Shown: positions 38,059-47,459 of the stretch, piece after piece
Layout: every line of letters begins with the position of its first letter
Position numbering within the stretch: the first letter of the stretch is position 1
Assembly: GCA_963828625.1 (NCBI GenBank)
Contig: CAWHEX010000011.1
Coordinates: 647,041 to 711,040 of the forward strand
Origin: an uncultured Alphaproteobacteria bacterium
GTDB lineage: Bacteria > Pseudomonadota > Alphaproteobacteria > Rhizobiales > Xanthobacteraceae
DNA: 64,000 bases
Direction: 5' to 3'
Made by a program: the position numbers and the translations under genes
The notes under the pieces: model-generated
What the model was told of the DNA's origin: nothing
What the model saw: the letters and a program-made list of their open reading frames with translations, nothing else
Databases searched by the model: none

Positions 38059-38447
38059 TCCGAAGCATTCCCTATCCGGTGTGCGCGGCACGGCCGCGGC
38101 TTAAGGTGAACCTGATGTCGGTGATTCGCGCAGCCGCTCGCTGAGCGGACACGCTCTCACCACACCGATTGCTGCCTTAGTCCGGATGAGGGAAGAACCC
38201 GTTCCGCACTGTTGGCAAAGAAGGACAAGCCTTTTCAGTCACGTCCGGCATTGACGCCGGTGTTGCCAAAAAAGCCCGCTCCGTCGTTGCTTTAAGCCGC
38301 GTCCCCCGTTGAGCGCGGGGTGCGCCGGTTTCGCCTCCGGCTGCCAGTTGCATGGTTCGGGAAGCAGGTTCTTCCCGAGGCGGCTGTCCGGCCTCTTGTC
38401 CGGATGCCCACCAACTGACACGCGGCCACAGGCACGTGCGAAATTGG
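38059..38447 (-). promoter_or_regulatory. long structured 5' leader of the ODC gene; candidate member of the alphaproteobacterial speF leader RNA family
   Basis: A ~390-nt non-coding stretch lies directly upstream of the ODC start, with several GC hairpins (for example cgggaag-aacctg-cttcccg). The position matches the published speF element upstream of alphaproteobacterial ODC genes. I have not verified a sequence match. Confidence 0.4.
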
Positions 38448-38506
38448 GCAATCGGGAAATAAGAAAATCGCGCGCGAGATGCAAGTATTTTTTTTACCGC
38501 GCGCGC
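38448..38506 (-). terminator. candidate terminator of the small membrane-protein gene
   Basis: On the minus strand there is a cgcgcgcg / cgcgcgcg stem with a ~21-nt loop, followed by attttcttattt. Confidence 0.35.
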
Positions 38507-38561
38507 GAAAGCGGTTAGCGAAATGTAGACGAATGATCTGCGAGGGTGAGTGCGCGGCGAC

Positions 38562-38825
38562 TCAGTTGCGCGTCGTGAACGGCTCGATGCGCATGCCGGC
38601 GCGGATGAACGCCGCCATCACGGCGATGCCGCCGACGAAGAACAGCACCTGAAGAATGATGGTGCCGTACTCGCCGAGCCCGAACAGATTTCCGAATGCC
38701 CAGCCGCCCGCGAAGGCGGCGCCGAACACTTCGGCGGCGATCAGGATCGCGGCCGAGAGAACCGTGGACACGTTGATCCAGTTGATGCGGCGGGGGCGGT
38801 TGGTGGCGTCGAGCATGCGGCGCAA
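38562..38825 (-). CDS. hypothetical small membrane protein (2 TM helices)
   Basis: 87-aa ORF with INWINVSTVLSAAILIAAEVFGAAFAGGWAF and GTIILQVLFFVGGIAVMAAFI. Confidence 0.5.
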   Translation of the reverse strand: MRRMLDATNRPRRINWINVSTVLSAAILIAAEVFGAAFAGGWAFGNLFGLGEYGTIILQVLFFVGGIAVMAAFIRAGMRIEPFTTRN

Positions 38826-38924
38826 TGAATACGAAACAGCGCGTCAAATCAAGCCTTTGTCGCTCGATTGGCCTTGCCGCGTCAGCGCACTACATTGCGG
38901 GCAGCCTTGGAGATTCCCGACAAC

Positions 38925-40972
38925 ATGACCGCCCCGAACGCCGCCAATCCGCTGCTCGCCGAATGGAGCGCGCCCTTCGGCGTTCCGCCGCTCGACCGCG
39001 TCGCGCCGTCGCACTTTGCCCCGGCCTTCGAGCGCGCGCTCGCGGACCATCGCGCCGAGATCGGCGCGATCGCCGGGCAGGCGGCCGCGCCGGATTTTGA
39101 CAACACCGTGGCGGCGCTGGAGCGCTCGGGCCGGCTGCTCGCGCGGGTGTCGAGCGTCTTCTATGTGCTCGCCGGCGCGCACACGAGCGAGGCGATCCAG
39201 GCGATCGAGCGCGACATGGCGCCGAGGCTGGCGCGCCACTGGAACGAGATTCACCTCAACGAATCACTTTTCGCCCGGCTCGACGCCCTGCACGGCAAGG
39301 CGGCGAGTCTCGGCCTCACGGCCGAGCAGGGCCGGGTGCTGGAGCGCTACCACGCACTCTTCCACCGCGCCGGCGCCGGGCTCGAGGCGGCGGCGAAGCA
39401 GCGGCTGAAGGAGATCGGCGACCGGCTCGCGACGCTCGGCACGACGTTTGGCCAGAACGTGCTCGCCGACGAGCAGAGCTACACGATGGCGCTGGGCGAG
39501 GGCGACCTCGCCGGCCTGCCGGATTTCGTGCGCGCCGCCGCGCGCGGCGCCGCGGAGGAGCGGGGCCAGCAGGGCCACCTCGTGACCCTGGGCCGGTCCA
39601 GCGTCGAGCCGTTCCTGCAGTTCTCCGGACGGCGCGACCTGCGCGAGAAGATCTTCGGCGCCTGGATCGCGCGCGGCGAGGCGGGCGAGACCGACAATGC
39701 GCCGGTCATCGCCGAGTTGACGGCGCTGCGCGACGAGAAGGCGCGCCTGCTCGGCTACCCAAGCTTCGCGCACTACAAGCTCGACGACACGATGGCGAGG
39801 ACGCCGGAGGCCGTCACCGGCCTGCTCGACGCCGTCTGGGCGCCGGCGCGGCGGCGCGTCACCGCGGAGCGCGACGCGTTGCAGGAGCTGGCGGCGACCG
39901 AGGGCGGGAACTTCCGCCCTCGCGCCGTGGGACTGGCGCTATTACGCCGAGAAGCTGCGCAAGGCGCGCTTCGATCTCGACGAGAGCGAGATCAAGCCGT
40001 ATCTGCCGCTCGACGGCATCATCGAGGCGGCCTTCTACACGGCGACCCGGCTGTTCGGCCTGACCTTCACGCCGCGCGCCGACGTGCCGGTCTATCACCC
40101 GGACGTGCGCGTCTGGGAGGTGAGCGGCCCCGACGGGCGGCATGTCGGGGTGTTCTTCGGCGACTATTTCGCGCGGCCCTCCAAGCGCAGCGGCGCGTGG
40201 ATGACCGGCCTGCGCGAGCAGGAGAAGCTCGACGGCGAGGTGCGGCCGCTCGTCCTCAACGTGATGAACTTCAACAAGGGTGCGCCGGGGGAGCCGACGC
40301 TCCTCTCCTTCGACGACGCCCGCACGCTGTTCCACGAGTTCGGCCACGGCCTGCACGGCCTGATGTCGGACGTCACCTATCCGATGATCTCCGGCACCGG
40401 CGTGCTGCAGGATTTCGTGGAACTGCCCTCGCAGCTCTACGAGCACTGGCTCGATCGCCCGGAAATCCTCACGCGCTTCGCGCGCCATTACAAAACCGGC
40501 GAGGCCATGCCGCAGGCGCTGATGGACCGCCTGATCGCCTCGCGCACCTTCAATCAGGGCTTCTCCACCACCGAATATCTCGGCTCGACCTACGCGGACC
40601 TCGACTTCCATCTCGGCGGCGCCAAGGACGCGCGCGCGGTCGAGAAGGAGACGCGGGGCCGCATGCAGATGCCGGACGAGGTCGTGATGCGCCACCGTCC
40701 GCCGCACTTCCAGCACATCTTCGCGGGCGACGGCTATGCGGCCGGCTACTACAGCTATCTGTGGTCCGAGGTGCTCGACGCCGATGCGTTCAACGCCTTC
40801 GTCGAGACGGGCGACGTGTTCGATCCGGCGGTGGCGCAGCGGCTGCGCGACCATGTCTACGCGGCGGGCGGGGCGCGGGACCCGTCCGAGGCCTACAAGG
40901 CCTTCCGCGGCCGGATGCCGACGGTCGATGCGCTGCTGAAGCGGCGCGGGCTCGTCGGCGAAGCCGGCATGA
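38925..40972 (+). pseudogene. dcp: M3 family peptidyl-dipeptidase (Dcp-like), frame break near 39925 and probable second break just before the stop
   Basis: MTAPNAANPLLAEWSAPFGVPPLDRV...ELAATEGGNF lies in ORF 38868..41252. It continues as APWDWRYYAEKLRKARFDLDESEIKPYL (read by hand) and through ...FHEFGHGLHGLMS...GYYSYLWSEVLDADAF...ALLKRRGL in ORF 40084..41409. The zinc motif HEFGH is present. Confidence 0.8.
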
Positions 40973-42563
40973 ACCTGCACACAGCCGGCCACCGCCGCGG
41001 CGTGGTCGCGGCGCCGCATCACGCGGCGGCCGAGACCGGCCGCGCCATTCTGGCGGAAGGCGGCAACGCGCTCGAGGCGATGGTCGCGATGGCGGCCGAC
41101 ATCGCGGCCGTCTATCCGCACATGAACCACATCGGCGGCGACGGCTTCTGGCTCGTGCGCGAGCCGTCGGGGCGCGTGCGCGCCCTCATGGGGGCGGGAC
41201 CGGCGGGCACCAAGGCAACCGCCGCGCTCTATCGCGAGCACGGCTTCGATGAGATTCCGCCGCGCGGGCCGCTCGCGGCGCTCACCGTGCCGGGCGCGGT
41301 CGCCACATGGATGCTCGCGCTGCAGGCCGCCGAGGCCTACGGCGGCAAATGCCGCTCGATGTGCTGCTCGGGCCGGCGATCCGGCATGCGCGCGACGGCT
41401 ATGTGGTGACGCGCAGCCAGGCGCGGCTGACGGCCGAGAAGCTTGCCGAGTGCCGCGACGCGCCGGGCTTCGCGGCGGCATTCCTGGTGGACGGCAAGCC
41501 GCCGGCCGAGGGCGCGACGCTGAAGCAGCAGGCGCTGGCGGCGACGCTCGATCAACTCGCCAACGCGGGACTGCCCGACTTCTACCGCGGCGATGTCGGC
41601 CGCGAGATCGCCGCCGATCTGGAGCGGATCGGCTCGCCGGTGACGCGGGCCGACCTTGAGCGCTACGAGGCGGTCGTCGCCGAGCCGCTCAGCGTCGCCG
41701 TGCAGGCGGGCACGCTCTACAACACGCCGCCGCCCACGCAGGGGCTCGCCTCGCTCATCATCCTGGCGCTGTTCGAGCGGCTGCGCGTGCCCGAGGCCGA
41801 GAGCTTCGATCATGTCCACGGGCTGATCGAGGCGACCAAGCGGGCGTTCCGCGTGCGCGACCGCACCGTGACCGATCCCGAGCGCTTGGCCGGTCCGCCC
41901 GAACGCTATCTCGACAAGACATTCCTCGATGCCGAAGCCGGCAAGATCGACCGGCGCAAGGCGGCGCGCTGGCCTGCACCGAAAGGCGAGGGCGACACGA
42001 TCTGGATGGGCGCGGCGGATTCCTCCGGCCTCGTCGTCTCCTACATCCAGTCGCTCTATTGGGAGTTCGGCTCAGCCTGCGTGCTGCCGGGAACCGGCGT
42101 GCTGATGCAGAACCGCGGCGCCAGCTTCTCGCTGGAACGCGGCGCCGTGAACCCGCTCCAGCCGGGCCGCCGGCCGTTCCACACGCTCAATCCCGCGCTC
42201 GCGATGCTGCGAGACGGGCGGATCATGGCCTACGGCACGATGGGCGGCGACGGCCAGCCGCAGACGCAGGCCGCGCTTTTCACCCGGCATGTTCTCTACC
42301 GCCAGCCGCTCGAACAGGCGGTCGACCGCCCCCGCTGGCTGCTCGGCCGCACATGGGGCTCGACGCACACCAACCTGCGGCTCGAGTCACGCTTCGATGA
42401 AGGGCTGATCGACCGGCTGATGTCGGCCGGTCACGATGTCGAGGTGCTGCCCGATGCCTATTCCGACACCATGGGCCACGCCGGGGCGGTGGTGCTGCAT
42501 CCGGACGGCACGCTCGAAGGCGTGCACGACCCGCGCGCCGATGGCGGCGCTGCGGGCGTGTAG
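40969..42563 (+). pseudogene. ggt: gamma-glutamyltransferase family protein, one frame break near 41350
   Basis: MNLHTAGHRRGVVAAPHHAAAETGRAILAEGGNALEAMVAM...AEAYGGK is the tail of ORF 40084..41409. It continues as MPLDVLLGPAIRHARDGY...DTIWMGAADSSGLVVSYIQS...GTMGGDGQPQ...DPRADGGAAGV* in ORF 41307..42563. The break lies in an aaa run (ggcaaatgccg). Confidence 0.8.
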
Positions 42564-42570
42564 CTCCAGG

Positions 42571-42900
42571 TCACCACTTCGCGTAATCGCGCCAGCTCGG
42601 CTCTCGCGTACGGGAGGAGGCGAATAGGATTCCGAGCGCAAAGCCGATGCCGACGCCGAGCGCAACCATCGCCTTCGGATGCCGGCCGACCTGCTCGCTC
42701 ACCACGTCGTCAAGGTCAGCCACGCCGTCCTGTACACGCGTGACGGCGTCGGAGGCATATTCGCTGGCGCTGTCGTAGGCGTCGGAGGCCGCGTCTTTCG
42801 CCTGCTCGTAAACGCCGGCGGCCTGCTGGCCGGTCTTCTGGGCGGCCTCGTCGATCGCCTGACCGCCCTGCTTGAACGTCTCGAAACTGGAATTCGCCAT
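42571..42900 (-). CDS. DUF883 (ElaB/YqjD-like) membrane-anchored stress protein
   Basis: 109-aa ORF with a charged, Ala/Asp/Gln-rich N-terminal region and a C-terminal anchor (HPKAMVALGVGIGFALGILFA). Confidence 0.6.
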   Translation of the reverse strand: MANSSFETFKQGGQAIDEAAQKTGQQAAGVYEQAKDAASDAYDSASEYASDAVTRVQDGVADLDDVVSEQVGRHPKAMVALGVGIGFALGILFASSRTREPSWRDYAKW

Positions 42901-43053
42901 AAAGCCCTCCGGATGCGGGATTCGTCAGGGGAAACTCGTGGGGGCCAAAAGAGTTGCATCGCCCCGGCGCGGCCCCGCATCACGCCGAAGTGGCCTCCAA
43001 TCCGCCCCAGTCGGTGGTATGTTCGCGGCGCGAATTCGCCTCTGGAATCGATC

Positions 43054-43692
43054 ATGACTTTGCTCGGACGGCTTTTGATCGCAGCGTTCGCCTGTCTGGC
43101 GGCAAGCGCCGCGCAGGCGCACCCGCATGTCTGGGTGACGATGAAGAGCGAGGTCGTCTACGGGGCGAACGGCGCGGCCACCGGCGTGCGCCACGCCTGG
43201 ACCTTCGACGACATGTTCTCGACCTTCGCCACGCAGGGGCTCGACAGCAAGGAGAAGGGCAAATTCACCCGCGAGGAGCTGGCGCCGCTCGCGCAGGTCA
43301 ATATCGAGTCGCTCAAGGAGTTCGACTACTTCACCAAGCTCCGGATGAACGGCAAGAACGCCGAGTTCAGCCCGCCTGCCGACTACTATCTCGAATTCAC
43401 CGACGGCCTGCTCACGCTGCACTTCACGCTGCCGCTCAAGACGCCCGGCAAGACGCAAAGCCTCGACGTCGAGGTTTATGACGGTCTCTATTTCGTCGAC
43501 TTCTCGTTCGCCGAGAAGGAGCCGGTGCGGCTCGTCGGCGCGCCCGGCGAATGCACGCTCGCGGTCGCGCGGCCCGGAGAGGGCGGCGCTGCGGCTCCCG
43601 GCAAGCCGGGCGAGGCGTTCTTCAACAATCTCGCGCCCGGCAGCAATTTCGGCGCGCAGTTCTCCAACAAGATCTCGGTGAAATGCCCGTGA
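43054..43692 (+). CDS. DUF1007 family periplasmic protein (partner of COG2215-type Ni/Co transporters)
   Basis: Inside ORF 42679..43692, with a signal peptide (MTLLGRLLIAAFACLAASAAQA). The mature protein starts HPHVWVTMKSEVVY... It overlaps the next gene by 10 nt. Confidence 0.65.
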   Translation: MTLLGRLLIAAFACLAASAAQAHPHVWVTMKSEVVYGANGAATGVRHAWTFDDMFSTFATQGLDSKEKGKFTREELAPLAQVNIESLKEFDYFTKLRMNGKNAEFSPPADYYLEFTDGLLTLHFTLPLKTPGKTQSLDVEVYDGLYFVDFSFAEKEPVRLVGAPGECTLAVARPGEGGAAAPGKPGEAFFNNLAPGSNFGAQFSNKISVKCP

Positions 43693-44787
43693 GCGCTCCG
43701 GGCGTCTCGGGGCTCCGGCGCAACGCCACTCTCTGTCTGCTGCTCGCGCTCGGCGCGCTGCTGGCGTTCGGCATCGCGGATGCGATCGCGCAAAGTCCGT
43801 TCGGTGCGCCGCGCCCGGCCGCGCCTCCGCCGCAAGCCGAAGGCTTCGTGGGCTGGCTGCTCGCCAAGCAGGCCGAGTTCTACCGCATGCTGTCCGGCAC
43901 CATCCGTTCGGCCAAGACCGACGGCAGCGCGGTGTGGCTGCTGATGGGCATCTCGTTCGCCTACGGCGTGTTCCACGCCGCCGGGCCGGGCCACGGCAAG
44001 GCGGTGATCTCGTCCTATCTGGTCGCCAACGAGGAGACCTGGAAGCGCGGCATCACGCTCTCGTTCGCGTCGGCCCTCCTGCAGGCGCTGGTCGCGGTCG
44101 CGGTGGTGGGCATCGCCGCCGCGCTGCTCGGCGCAACCGCCAAGACGATGAACAACGCCGTGTGGTGGATCGAGGTCATCAGCTACGTGCTGATCGCCGC
44201 GATGGGCGCGCGGCTCCTGTGGGTGAAGGGCAGGGCGTTCTGGCGCGAGTTCGCCGCCATGCGCGCGCCGAAGAGCGTCGGCGCAGCGGCGACGCACGCG
44301 CATCATCATGATCACGGCCACGACCATCATCACGATCATGCGCATGCACCACGATCACGGCCATGCGCACGATCACCACGGCCATGCCCATCACGACCAC
44401 GACGACCATTCGGGCCACTCGCACGGCCCGACGCCGGACGAACTCGCCGGCCCCGGCGGCTGGAAACGCGGGCTGACGGCGATCGTCGCGGTCGGCCTGC
44501 GGCCGTGCTCGGGCGCGATCCTCGTGCTGGTGTTCGCGCTCGCGCAGGGCATCTTCTGGGCGGGCGTCGCCGCCACCTTCGTGATGGGGCTCGGCACCGC
44601 CATCACGGTCGCGGCGATCGCGACGCTCACCGTCACGGCGACCGCCTTCGCGGCGCGGCTCGCCGCATCGCGCACCGGCTACGGCTCGCTCGCGCTCAGA
44701 GGCATCGAGGTCGCGGCTTCCGTCGTGGTGCTGGCGTTCGGCGTCGCGCTGCTCGCCGGCTACATGGCGAGCGAGCGGTTGATGTGA
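43683..44787 (+). pseudogene. nickel/cobalt transporter (COG2215, RcnA/NicO-like) with a long His/Asp loop; frame break inside the His-codon repeat near 44340
   Basis: ORF 43551..44795 contains ..FAYGVFHAAGPGHGKAVISSYLV..HAHHHDHGHDHHHDHAHA. It continues as HDHGHAHDHHGHAHHDHDDHSGHSHGP..VGLRPCSGAILVLVFAL.. in ORF 44308..44787. Confidence 0.75.
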
Positions 44788-44791
44788 CGCG

Positions 44792-45673
44792 CTAGACGAA
44801 GCGCGGGACGAAGCCGCCGCCCTTGTGGTCGACGTGGCAGATGTGCGGCGCGCCGAAATGCTGCGGCATCAGCAGCGCGCCCGACCCGGCGCAGTTTTCC
44901 AGCACCTTGCGCCGGGAGTTCCGCGCGTCGTCCTGGTTGAGGCACGCGAAGCTGTTCCACGCCGGGTGATAGACCTGGATCGCGTGATGGATCACGTCGC
45001 CGCAGAAGAACGCCGCCTTGCTCTGCGAGTCGAGCTTGATGACGAAATGCCCCGGCGAGTGGCCGGGCGAAGGCTCGATCGCGAGATGCTCGTCGATCGC
45101 CTGCGGGCGGTCGTCGACCATCTGGCAGAGCCCCGCCTCGACGATCGGGAAGACGCTGTCGCGCAACGCGCCGCCGATGGCCGGACCCTTCTCGGGATCG
45201 CGGTCGATGCCTGAGAAGTAGTCGAAATCCGTCTTGCTCCAGATGTATTTGGCCTTCGGGAAGGTCGGCACCCAGCGGCCGTTGTCGAGCCGCGTGTTCC
45301 AGCCGACGTGATCGACGTGCAGATGCGTGCACATCACCATGTCGATGTCTTCGGGCTTCGCGCCGACCGCCGCGAGGCGCTCCATGTAGGGCGTGTCGAG
45401 CTGGTCCCAGAACGGGCGGTGCTTGCGGGACTTGTGATTGCCGACGCAGGTGTCGATCAGGATCTTCTTGCCGCCGATCTCCAGCAGCCACGAGTGGATG
45501 CTGAGCTTGAGATAGCCGGTGGCCGGATTGTAGTGGTTCGGCACCATCCAGTGCATGTGCTCGGCCACGACCTCGTCGCGCCAGTCGGCGAAGAATTTCT
45601 TCGCCTCGAAGAAGAAATCGTAGGTCTCCTCGATGCGCGTGATCTTGGCGGCGCCCACGGTTGCGGTCGTCAT
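44792..45673 (-). CDS. MBL-fold metallo-hydrolase (lactonase-like)
   Basis: This is the C-terminal 293 aa of ORF 44792..46048, starting at MTTATVGAAKITRIEE. It has the HxHxDH motif CTHLHVDHVGW and a later ..PSPGHSPGH... Confidence 0.8.
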   Translation of the reverse strand: MTTATVGAAKITRIEETYDFFFEAKKFFADWRDEVVAEHMHWMVPNHYNPATGYLKLSIHSWLLEIGGKKILIDTCVGNHKSRKHRPFWDQLDTPYMERLAAVGAKPEDIDMVMCTHLHVDHVGWNTRLDNGRWVPTFPKAKYIWSKTDFDYFSGIDRDPEKGPAIGGALRDSVFPIVEAGLCQMVDDRPQAIDEHLAIEPSPGHSPGHFVIKLDSQSKAAFFCGDVIHHAIQVYHPAWNSFACLNQDDARNSRRKVLENCAGSGALLMPQHFGAPHICHVDHKGGGFVPRFV

Positions 45674-45697
45674 GCGTGTCTTGCCCTTTTTTTGGAC

Positions 45698-45743
45698 GCG
45701 TGATCTTGATCCGAAAACCGGTACCCACTTTTCGGGATCACGC
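45698..45743. repeat. REP-type nested hairpin (PVPTFRDHAL-type repeat) between the nitrile hydratase accessory gene and the MBL gene
   Basis: The outer stem is gcgtgatc...gatcacgc and the inner stem is ccgaaaa...ttttcgg. It translates as ..LIRKPVPTFRDHAL.. or ..RDPEKWVPVFG.. in spurious ORFs. I recognise these strings from hypothetical proteins of Bradyrhizobium/Rhodopseudomonas-type genomes. Confidence 0.5.
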
Positions 45744-45744
45744 G

Positions 45745-46131
45745 CTAGTCGTGATGATGGAAGTCTTGCGGCTGGAGCTCGATCGGCTCGCCGTGCGGCG
45801 TGCGGTCGGCGGCGTGGTCCCACGCGTGCTGGTAGCGCGCGAGCGCCGCCTGATCGGTGACGCCCTTCTCGGCGACGAGGCGTTCGAGCGCGTTGAGCCA
45901 GTGGGCGTAATAGGTCTCGCCGGTGTCGGGGTCGCCCGCCGCCTGCGCGCGCTTGATCTCGTCCGCGAGCGTCGCCGCCCATTGCGGCCACGTGAACAGC
46001 CCGCGCTCGTGCAGCGCGAGCGCCATCGCAAAGGCCTGCGCCTCCCACGGCTCGCGGAACACCGGCCCTTCGGCGTCCTGCGGGATGCTGCGTAATTCCT
46101 GCGTGGCGCGGCGTGCCGCAGCGACGTCCAT
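45745..46131 (-). CDS. nitrile hydratase accessory (activator) protein
   Basis: This is the C-terminal 128 aa of ORF 45745..46707: [59 protein letters not shown]... The start overlaps the beta subunit stop by ATGA. Confidence 0.75.
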   Translation of the reverse strand: MDVAAARRATQELRSIPQDAEGPVFREPWEAQAFAMALALHERGLFTWPQWAATLADEIKRAQAAGDPDTGETYYAHWLNALERLVAEKGVTDQAALARYQHAWDHAADRTPHGEPIELQPQDFHHHD

Positions 46132-46790
46132 CAGGCGAGCTCCAGATACGGCTCGAACGCGTCGATGGAGATTTTCACCGTCGGGTCGGCGTCCGCGCCC
46201 CACAGCTCGGCGCTGTCGAACACCACCGTATAGAGCCACTGCGGATCGTCGCCCGCGCCGATCGCGGCAGAGTCCGGAAACACCTGAGCGCCGTGATTGA
46301 GTTCGACCACGCCGACGTGCCCGCGCACATAGCGCGGCAGGCGCGTGTGGGTCGCGGGATGGATGTTCTTGCAGCGCACGCGGTCGCCCGGCTTGAACTT
46401 CGCGGGCGTCTGCGCCGGGCGGCCGAACTTTCCGCGCACCATCACGCGTTCGACCTGGTCGAGCGTGAGCTTGCCGCGCGGCGGCGCCTTCGTTTCCGTC
46501 AGCGCATGGCCGGCCTCGACCTCGTCCGGCGCGACATAACCCTTGTCGACCAGCAGGTCCTGCAGCCCGAGCAGCCATTTCTTGTAGTACGAGCTCGACA
46601 GATAGACGTGCGGCGGCAGCGCCTCGCGATAGAAGCGCGACGTGTCGATATTGAACGCACCGGCCGCGCCCATCGCGCGCACCAGCGCCATCGTGCGCGC
46701 TTCCCATTCGGCATGAAACACCGGTTCGTTCGGCTCGGCCTCGACCTTGCCGAAGCCGTCCATGCCGCCCATGTCGTGGACGCCGTTCAT
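46131..46790 (-). CDS. nthB: nitrile hydratase beta subunit
   Basis: This is the C-terminal 219 aa of ORF 46131..47090: [37 protein letters not shown]...[14 protein letters not shown].... Confidence 0.9.
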   Translation of the reverse strand: MNGVHDMGGMDGFGKVEAEPNEPVFHAEWEARTMALVRAMGAAGAFNIDTSRFYREALPPHVYLSSSYYKKWLLGLQDLLVDKGYVAPDEVEAGHALTETKAPPRGKLTLDQVERVMVRGKFGRPAQTPAKFKPGDRVRCKNIHPATHTRLPRYVRGHVGVVELNHGAQVFPDSAAIGAGDDPQWLYTVVFDSAELWGADADPTVKISIDAFEPYLELA

Positions 46791-47430
46791 GAGGGCGCGC
46801 CGGGCGTTTTCGGGAATCCCGTGCCGATCATCGAGTCGCGCGTGACGAGTTCGGCAAGCTGCTCCTCGCTCCAGCCTTCGGTGCCCTTCGGGCGCATCGG
46901 CAGCACAAGGAAACGCGTCTCGGCGGTGGAGTCCCACACGCGGATTTCGGTTTCCTTCGGCAGCGTGATGCCGAAATCGGCGAGCACGCCGCGCGGGTCC
47001 TTCACGGCGCGCGAGCGATAGGGCGCGGCCTTGTACCAGATCGGCGGCAGGCCGAGCATTTCCCACGGGTAACAGGAGCACAGCGTGCAAACGACCATGT
47101 TGTGGCGCGAGGCTGTGTTCTCGATGGCGACGAGATGATCGCCGGTGCGCGCCACATGGCCGAGCGTGCCGACGGCCTTGGTGGCGTCATCCAGCAGCGC
47201 CTGCCTGAAGGCCGGATCGGTCCATGCCTTCGCGACGACGCGCGCGCCGTTGTGCGGGCCGATCTTGGTCTCGTAGGCCTCGATGATCGCATCGAGCGCG
47301 GCCGGCTCAACGTAGCCCTTCTCGGTCAGGATCGACTCGAGCGCGCGCACGCGAATCTGCATCTCGGACAATTCCGAGCCGTGCTCGTGGTCGTATGATC
47401 GTGGTCGTGATCGTCATGGTCGTGGGCCAT
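46787..47430 (-). pseudogene. nthA: nitrile hydratase alpha subunit, cobalt type, with a His/Asp-rich N-terminal tail; frame break near 47385
   Basis: ORF 46787..47371 contains the metal site [10 protein letters not shown] (CTLCSC = Co type). Upstream, an ATG at 47430 with an aaggag RBS encodes [12 protein letters not shown] in another frame. That frame rejoins [19 protein letters not shown] after a 1-nt shift. Confidence 0.8.
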
Positions 47431-47444
47431 GCGAGGCTCCTTTT

Positions 47445-47459
47445 GCGCTAGTATAGCGC
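47445..47459. promoter_or_regulatory. perfect palindrome GCGCTA-gta-TAGCGC in the 29-nt nthA/dctQ divergent spacer
   Basis: Seen directly. It abuts the dctQ-like ATG at 47460. Confidence 0.25.

Noticed and set aside
42901-43053. Possible NiCo or B12 riboswitch upstream of the DUF1007/Ni-Co transporter pair.
   Set aside because: I saw no recognisable conserved core or convincing multi-stem structure by eye. It remains untested without a covariance-model scan.
46741-47340. When hand-indexing the printed sequence I obtained an apparent extra frameshift in nthB (near 46740) and a compensating one near 47341.
   Set aside because: The ORF track shows uninterrupted ORFs for nthB (46131..47090) and the nthA core (46787..47371). 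My 1-nt discrepancy starts and ends exactly at line boundaries. I attribute it to my own indexing and used the track coordinates.
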